DNA of 64,000 nt from Gemmatimonadota bacterium (GTDB lineage Bacteria; Gemmatimonadota; Gemmatimonadetes; Gemmatimonadales; GWC2-71-9): assembly GCA_036679605.1 (NCBI GenBank), contig JAZDCZ010000180.1, positions 96,001-160,000 on the forward strand, in the 5' to 3' direction. Position 1 is the stretch's first letter, and the number at the start of each line of letters is the position of its first letter. The position numbers and the translations under genes are program-made. Of the stretch, positions 58,427 through 64,000 are shown one piece after another. The notes beneath the pieces are model-generated. The model was not told the origin of the DNA. It saw nothing but the letters and a program-made list of their open reading frames with translations, and ran no database searches.

Positions 58427-59511
58427 GCGAGCACCAACACATCGAATGGAAGGTTGCCTGGCGGGACGAGTGCCTGAAATGGATCTGTGGCTTCGCCAAC
58501 GCCGAGGGCGGTGCGCTGGTGATCGGCAAGGATGACAAGGGCAAGGTAGTCGGCCTTTCGAATGCCAAGAAGCTGCTGGAGGAGATTCCCAACAAGGTGC
58601 GCGACCTGCTCGGCATCATGGTGGATGTAAACCTGCATCACGAGAACGGCGAAGATCTCATTGAGATCGTGGTGGAACCCTACCCCTACCCGATCAGCTA
58701 CAAGGGCCAATACCACTACCGCAGCGGCAGCACCAAGCAGGAACTCAAGGGTGCGGCGCTGGACAAGTTCCTCTTGCGCAAGCTGGGCCGTCATTGGGAC
58801 GGTGTTCCGGTGTCGCAGGTAGTGGTCAAGGATCTTTCCAGCGCGGTGATAGACACGTTCCGAGAGCTGGCGCGACAAAGCCGGCGACTGGATGCCACCA
58901 TCCTCCGGGAATCTGCGCCCGGACTCATCGAGAAGCTGCATCTGCTGGTGGGCTCCTATCTGAAGCGAGCCGCCCTCCTGCTATTCCATCCCGACCCCGA
59001 GCGCTTCGTCACAGGCGCCTACGTGAAGATCGGTTTCTTCCGCACCAATGCCGACCTGCTTTACCACGACGAAATCCACGGCGATCTCTTCTCCCAAGTG
59101 GAGAAGACGATCGAACTCCTGATCACGAAGTACCTCAAGGCAGGGATCAGCTACCAGGGCATCCAGCGCATGGAGACCCTTCCCGTCCCCGAGGCCGCCT
59201 TGCGCGAGGGGGTGCTCGAACCCGACGGCCTGTGGGTAGAAGTCCCCTTCCCGCGACAGCCGGCGGGACTTGACTCCGGCGAGAGGTGGGGTGAAAAGTG
59301 GGGTGAAAAGTGGAGTGCATCCGCCCTGGCGAAGCGACGGAAAATCGCGGAGACCATTATGCAGGATTCGCGGGTCACGATCACTCAGTTAGCAACGAAC
59401 CTGCGGATGGGAACCACCGCCATCGAGAAACACCTCAAGGCCATGCGCGAGCAGGGATGTATCAGGCGTGTCGGACCGGCCAGAGGCGGTCATTGGGAGG
59501 TGCTGCCATGA
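58423..59511 (+). CDS. AlbA_2 (Schlafen-like) domain + HTH protein, apparently internally deleted
   Basis: EHQHIEWK...ICGFANAEGG.L.IG.DD.G, YRSGSTK, ALREGVL joined directly to EPDGLW, C-terminal wHTH ending RVGPARGGHWEV. Confidence 0.82.
   Translation: MSEHQHIEWKVAWRDECLKWICGFANAEGGALVIGKDDKGKVVGLSNAKKLLEEIPNKVRDLLGIMVDVNLHHENGEDLIEIVVEPYPYPISYKGQYHYRSGSTKQELKGAALDKFLLRKLGRHWDGVPVSQVVVKDLSSAVIDTFRELARQSRRLDATILRESAPGLIEKLHLLVGSYLKRAALLLFHPDPERFVTGAYVKIGFFRTNADLLYHDEIHGDLFSQVEKTIELLITKYLKAGISYQGIQRMETLPVPEAALREGVLEPDGLWVEVPFPRQPAGLDSGERWGEKWGEKWSASALAKRRKIAETIMQDSRVTITQLATNLRMGTTAIEKHLKAMREQGCIRRVGPARGGHWEVLP
59286..59317 (+). repeat. 12-bp tandem repeat (GTGGGGTGAAAA x2 plus partial), encoding WGEK units
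   Basis: gtggggtgaaaa gtggggtgaaaa gtggagtg read directly from the sequence. Confidence 0.8.
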
Positions 59512-62500
59512 ACCCCATCGGCCAACCCGAGCGCGTCACGCAGAACCGCATCATCGCCCTGTTCCGCGACGAACTGAACTACGAGTACCTCGGCGATTGG
59601 CAGGAGCGCGACGACAACAGCAACATCGAGGAGAATCTGCTTGCAGCCCACTTGAGCAAACGGGGCTACAGCCAGGCGCACATCAGCGTGGCACTCCACA
59701 AGCTGCGCACCGAGGCGGACAAGCACAGTCGCACGCTCTACGGCAACAACCAAGCCGTCTACAACCTGCTCTACTACGGAGTGCCGGTGAAGATCGAGGC
59801 GGGCAAGGTCACCGAAACCGTCCACCTCATCAACTGGCGGGAACCGGAGCAGAACGACTTCGCCATCGCCGAAGAGGTGACGCTCAAGGGCAACCACGAG
59901 CGGCGGCCGGATATCGTGCTGTATGTGAACGGCATCGCCGTCGGGGTGATCGAACTCAAAAACAGCCGAGTGAGTATCGGTGACGGCATCCGTCAAAACC
60001 TCTCGAACCAGCAGCCCGAGTTCAACGCCTGGTTCTTCAGCACGGTGCAGTTGATCTTCGCGGGCAATGACTCCGAGGGACTGCAGTACGGCGCCATCGG
60101 GACGCCGGAGAAATATTTCATGAAGTGGAAGGAGGACGAGGCGGACGACATCCGCTTCAAGCTGGACAAGTACCTGCTCAAGATGTGTCGCAAGGATCGG
60201 CTCATCGAACTGATGCACGACTTCGTGCTGTTCGACGGCGGCATCAAGAAGCTGCCCCGCGTGCACCAGTATTTCGGCGTCAAGGCCGCGCAGCACCATG
60301 TGCGCGAGAAGAAGGGCGGCATTATCTGGCACACGCAAGGCAGCGGCAAGAGCATCGTGATGGTGCTGCTCGCAAAGTGGATCCTGGAGAACAACCCCAA
60401 CGCGCGTGTCGCCGTCATCACCGACCGCGACGAACTGGACAAGCAGATCGAACGGGTCTTCACCGCGGTGGGCGAAGCCATCAAGCGCACCAGCAGCGGC
60501 CGCGACCTGATGAACCAGCTCAGCGAGGCGACGCCACGTATGCTCTGTTCGCTGGTGCACAAGTTTGGGCTAAAGGGGACCAAGAAGACGGAGGAGGAGT
60601 TCAGCCAGTTTATCACTGAGCTGGAGTCGGCCCCCAGTCAGACGGTGGGCGAATTGTTCGTATTCGTTGACGAGTGTCATCGCACGCAAAGTGGCAGACT
60701 GCACCGGGTGATGAAGGCAATGATGCCCAACGCGGTGTTCATCGGCTTCACCGGCACACCTTTGCTGGCGCAGGACAGGCAAACGAGCCTGGAGGTGTTC
60801 GGCGGCTACATCCACACCTATAAGTTCAGCGAGGGCGTCGAGGACGGGGTGGTGCTCGACCTGGTGTACCAGGCGCGCGACATCGATCAGCACCTCGGCT
60901 CCGAGGACAAGATCGACGCCTGGTTCGAGGCCAAGACGAAGGGCTTGAACGATTGGCAGAAGGATGAGCTGAAGCAGCAATGGGGCACTATGCAGAAGGT
61001 GCTCAGCTCCCGCTCGCGCATGGAACGGGTAGTAAACGAAGTAGTCTTCGACTTCAACGTGAAGCCGCGCCTTTCCAGCGAGCGCGGCAACGCCATTTTG
61101 GTGGCCTCAAGCATCTACGAGGCGTGCAAGTACTTCGTCTTGTTTGAGAAGACGCCCTTCAAGGGCAAGTGCGCGGTGGTGACCTCTTACAATCCTCTGG
61201 CGGGGGACGTAACGCTGGAGGAAACCGGCGCCAACACCGCAACCGACAAACAGTTCATCTACAACACATACAACGAGCTGCTGGAGGACGTCGAAGCCAA
61301 GCCCGACACGAGCAAGACCGAGACCTACGAGGAACAGGCCAAGGCGCTGTTCACCGCGGAACCGGCCAACATGAAGCTGCTCGTCGTGGTGGACAAGCTG
61401 CTCGTCGGCTTCGACGCGCCACCATGTACTTACTTGTACATAGACAAGTCGATGCAGGACCACGGCCTGTTCCAGGCCATCTGCCGCGTCAACCGACTGG
61501 ACGGCGATGACAAGGAGTTCGGCTACATCGTTGACTACAAGGATCTGTTCAGGAAGGTCGAGAACGCGATTGCCGTCTACACCTCGGAACTCGATCGCAG
61601 CGCGGGCGGATCTGATCCGGAGATTCTCCTACAGGATCGCCTCGAGAAAGGGAAGGAACGGCTCGATAACGCGGTGGAGGCCTTAGCCCTGCTGTGCGAG
61701 CCGGTTGAGCCGCCGAAAGGCGAGCTGGAGCACATCCACTACTTCTGCGGCAACACGGAGATTCCGGCGGAGCTACAGGAGCGGGAAGCGCAGCGCGCCG
61801 CACTCTACAAGGCTACCGTCGCCCTGGTGCGCGCCTACGCCAACATCGCCGACGAACTGGAACCCGCCGGCTATGATGCTGCCGATATCGGACGCATCGA
61901 GCAGCAACTCGACCACTACCTCAAGTTGCGCGAGATCATCCGCAAGGCGAGCGGCGAGACCTTGGACCTCAAGGCCTACGAGGCCGACATGCGGCACCTC
62001 ATCGACACCTACATCGAGGCGGACGAACCGAGGAAGATTTCGCCCTTCGACAACATGGGCCTGCTGGAGCTGATCGTGAAAACCGGCATCGCTGAGGCCA
62101 TCACGTCGCAGCTCGGTGGCTTGAAAGGCAACAGAAACGCGATCGCCGAGACCATCGAGAACAACGTGCGGCGCAAGATCATCAAGGAGCAACTGAACGA
62201 CCCGGCTTACTATGAGAAGATGTCGCAGTTGCTGGACGAGATCATCGCGGCGCGGAAGGCCAAGGCCATTGAGTACGAGGAATACCTGAAGCGCATCGCG
62301 AACTTGGCGCGGAGGGTCGAAGCAGGGTTTGCGGACGATACGCCCGAGCCGTTGAAGAACAGTCCGGCGCGCCGGGCACTGTACAACAACCTGAAGAGGG
62401 ACGCCGGTCGGGTCTCCGAGCCCGACCCGGCGTTGGATCTGGCGCTCAAGATTGACGAAACCGTGAAGCATGTGCGGCCGGATGGATGGCGCGGAGTTCA

Positions 62501-62603
62501 AGCCCGTGAACAAGTGATCAAGCGGGCCTTGTATAAGCTTCTGCAGGATGAGGCCGAGGTGGAGCGCATCTTCCTCATCGTCAAGGCGCAGAGGGAATAC
62601 TGA
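59508..62603 (+). CDS. hsdR: Type I restriction endonuclease subunit R
   Basis: PD...IELK nuclease motif, HTQGSGKS, DECH, FTGTP, QAICRVNR. Start ATG 59508 (ATGA overlap). Confidence 0.96.
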   Translation: MNPIGQPERVTQNRIIALFRDELNYEYLGDWQERDDNSNIEENLLAAHLSKRGYSQAHISVALHKLRTEADKHSRTLYGNNQAVYNLLYYGVPVKIEAGKVTETVHLINWREPEQNDFAIAEEVTLKGNHERRPDIVLYVNGIAVGVIELKNSRVSIGDGIRQNLSNQQPEFNAWFFSTVQLIFAGNDSEGLQYGAIGTPEKYFMKWKEDEADDIRFKLDKYLLKMCRKDRLIELMHDFVLFDGGIKKLPRVHQYFGVKAAQHHVREKKGGIIWHTQGSGKSIVMVLLAKWILENNPNARVAVITDRDELDKQIERVFTAVGEAIKRTSSGRDLMNQLSEATPRMLCSLVHKFGLKGTKKTEEEFSQFITELESAPSQTVGELFVFVDECHRTQSGRLHRVMKAMMPNAVFIGFTGTPLLAQDRQTSLEVFGGYIHTYKFSEGVEDGVVLDLVYQARDIDQHLGSEDKIDAWFEAKTKGLNDWQKDELKQQWGTMQKVLSSRSRMERVVNEVVFDFNVKPRLSSERGNAILVASSIYEACKYFVLFEKTPFKGKCAVVTSYNPLAGDVTLEETGANTATDKQFIYNTYNELLEDVEAKPDTSKTETYEEQAKALFTAEPANMKLLVVVDKLLVGFDAPPCTYLYIDKSMQDHGLFQAICRVNRLDGDDKEFGYIVDYKDLFRKVENAIAVYTSELDRSAGGSDPEILLQDRLEKGKERLDNAVEALALLCEPVEPPKGELEHIHYFCGNTEIPAELQEREAQRAALYKATVALVRAYANIADELEPAGYDAADIGRIEQQLDHYLKLREIIRKASGETLDLKAYEADMRHLIDTYIEADEPRKISPFDNMGLLELIVKTGIAEAITSQLGGLKGNRNAIAETIENNVRRKIIKEQLNDPAYYEKMSQLLDEIIAARKAKAIEYEEYLKRIANLARRVEAGFADDTPEPLKNSPARRALYNNLKRDAGRVSEPDPALDLALKIDETVKHVRPDGWRGVQAREQVIKRALYKLLQDEAEVERIFLIVKAQREY

Positions 62604-63319
62604 TGGTTCAGGAACTCAAGCTGGGCGACATCGTGGTGGACGTGGTGCTCAAGGACATCAAGAATGTCCATCTCAGTGTCTATCCCCCAACCGGTCGCGT
62701 GCGCATCTCGGCCCCGGAGCGCATGAACATTGACACCATCCGGGTCTTCGCTGTTTCCAAGTTGGATTGGATCAAACGACAGCAGACCAAGCTGCGGGAA
62801 CAGGAGCGCGAGACGCGTCGCGAATACGTGGACCGGGAAAGCCACTACGTGTGGGGCAAGCGCTATTTGCTTACGGTCTCCGAGAGCGATGAGCCACCAT
62901 CGATCGAGCTGACGCACAGCCGCATACTGCTACGGGTGCGCCCGGGAACAGATGAGCGCAAGCGCCAGGCTCTCATGGAGGACTGGTTTCGCGGGCAGAT
63001 CAAGCAGGCTGTGCCCCCTCTACTCGCCAGATGGCAGCCGCTAGTAGGAGTAGGGGTGGAGCGGTTCTTCGTGCGGCGGATGAAGACCAAGTGGGGCAGC
63101 TGCAACCACAAGGCGCGCACCATTCGCCTCAACACCGAACTGGCCAAGAAGCCGGCCGAGTGCCTCGAATACATCGTTGTGCACGAACTGGTTCACTTGC
63201 TGGAGCCGACCCACAACGCCCATTTCATTGCGCTGATGGACCGCTTCATGCCCAAGTGGCAATTCTATAGCCAGGTACTCAATCGCCTGCCGGTTCGGCG
63301 AGAGAAGTGGAGCTATTGA
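62603..63319 (+). CDS. M48/YgjP (DUF45) zinc metallopeptidase-like protein
   Basis: MKTKWGSC, EYIVVHELVH (HExxH), HNAHF; common downstream of hsdR. Confidence 0.92.
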   Translation: MVQELKLGDIVVDVVLKDIKNVHLSVYPPTGRVRISAPERMNIDTIRVFAVSKLDWIKRQQTKLREQERETRREYVDRESHYVWGKRYLLTVSESDEPPSIELTHSRILLRVRPGTDERKRQALMEDWFRGQIKQAVPPLLARWQPLVGVGVERFFVRRMKTKWGSCNHKARTIRLNTELAKKPAECLEYIVVHELVHLLEPTHNAHFIALMDRFMPKWQFYSQVLNRLPVRREKWSY

Positions 63320-63405
63320 CGTTGAGTGACGGCGGAGCTTGGTTCGCTGGGAGGATTTTGCCCGCGTAACATCGGTTAGCCAATCTGGAGACGCAGGAGA
63401 AGCAC

Positions 63406-64000
63406 ATGAGTGATGACCAGCAGCCCGCCCCCCCAGCGATGCCGCCGCACGCCCAATTGATACAGATGGGCACAGCCTCTTGGGTCTCAAGCATAGTCTA
63501 CGCTGCGGCCAAACTGGGCCTAGCCGATGAACTGGCGACCGAGCCCAGGAGCGCTGCAGAGTTGGCCGGCGCGATGCGGATGCACGCGCCGTCGCTGCAT
63601 CGCCTGATGCGTACACTGGCCGGCCTCGGCATCCTCACCGAGCGAGATGCGCAGCGCTTCGCACTGACGCCGTTGGGCGAGGCGCTCAGAACCGGTGCGC
63701 CCGGCTCAGCACGAGCAACGCTCCTGGCGTTTTGCGGCCAGGCATTTTGGCATAGCTGGGAGGAGATCTTGTATTCTCTGGAAACGGGCAACACGGGCTT
63801 TGAGAAGGCCTGTGGGATGCCCTTGTTCGAATACCTGGCTCAGCATCCCAAGGAAGCTTCCTATTTCAGTGAGGCAATGGTCGGCTTCCACGGTGCTGAG
63901 CCGCCGGCAGTAGCCGAGGCGTACGACTTCTCCGGGTTCGATGTCGTGGTGGACGTTGGCGGCGCGACGGGCAATATGCTGGCAGCGATCCTTTCCAGTC
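63406..64000 (+). CDS. O-methyltransferase (family 2), partial at window end
   Basis: Not in the ORF track. Manual translation from ATG 63406 (AGGAG RBS): YAAAKLGLADEL...SLHRLMRTLAGLG...LTPLG...YDFSGFDVVVDVGGATG (SAM motif). Confidence 0.9.
   Translation, partial: MSDDQQPAPPAMPPHAQLIQMGTASWVSSIVYAAAKLGLADELATEPRSAAELAGAMRMHAPSLHRLMRTLAGLGILTERDAQRFALTPLGEALRTGAPGSARATLLAFCGQAFWHSWEEILYSLETGNTGFEKACGMPLFEYLAQHPKEASYFSEAMVGFHGAEPPAVAEAYDFSGFDVVVDVGGATGNMLAAILSS

Noticed and set aside
1..64000. rRNA, tRNA, CRISPR array, transposase or integrase
   Set aside because: None recognised by eye; most intergenic gaps are too short. A covariance-model scan is needed to exclude small RNAs fully.

Overview
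Bacterial chromosomal window. Gene content and synteny suggest Gemmatimonadota, but this is inference and was not database-checked. (1) 1-29255 is one tightly packed minus-strand run of 27 genes. Housekeeping genes (tilS, hpt, ftsH, folP, cdaA, yggS, divIVA-like, punA, ileS, dksA-like, lspA, RluA family) lead without a gap into a signalling block: cheW-cheY-cheA-cheC with no receptor, CheR or CheB, then a large TPR protein, two DUF4388/MshEN-like/TPR proteins, three Roadblock/MglB-type proteins, the MglA GTPase and a tandem DnaA-type AAA+ ATPase with no DNA-binding domain. (2) 29.4-40.7 kb holds mixed metabolic and envelope genes (cls, SRAP, DUF3810, TM2, M28 peptidase, ggt, hybrid kinase, DUF4198). 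(3) 40.8-43.0 kb encodes a di-haem NorC-like cytochrome and a NorB-like haem-copper-oxidase subunit with a rewired active site (FeB His to Asn, catalytic Glu lost, low-spin haem His to Met). (4) 43.0-52.1 kb holds a MoxR/DUF58/BatA-E operon plus crcB-DUF190 under a fluoride riboswitch. (5) 52.2-64 kb is an accessory/defence island: creatininase pseudogene, collapsed toxin-antitoxin remnant, intact RelE/ParE TA pair, cytoplasmic trypsin-like protease, type I restriction-modification operon with an AlbA_2 insert and M48 peptidase, and a partial O-methyltransferase. The best candidates for undescribed biology are the Che-Mgl-tandem-DnaA module and the non-canonical NOR-like oxidoreductase. No rRNA, tRNA, CRISPR array, transposase or integrase was recognised.
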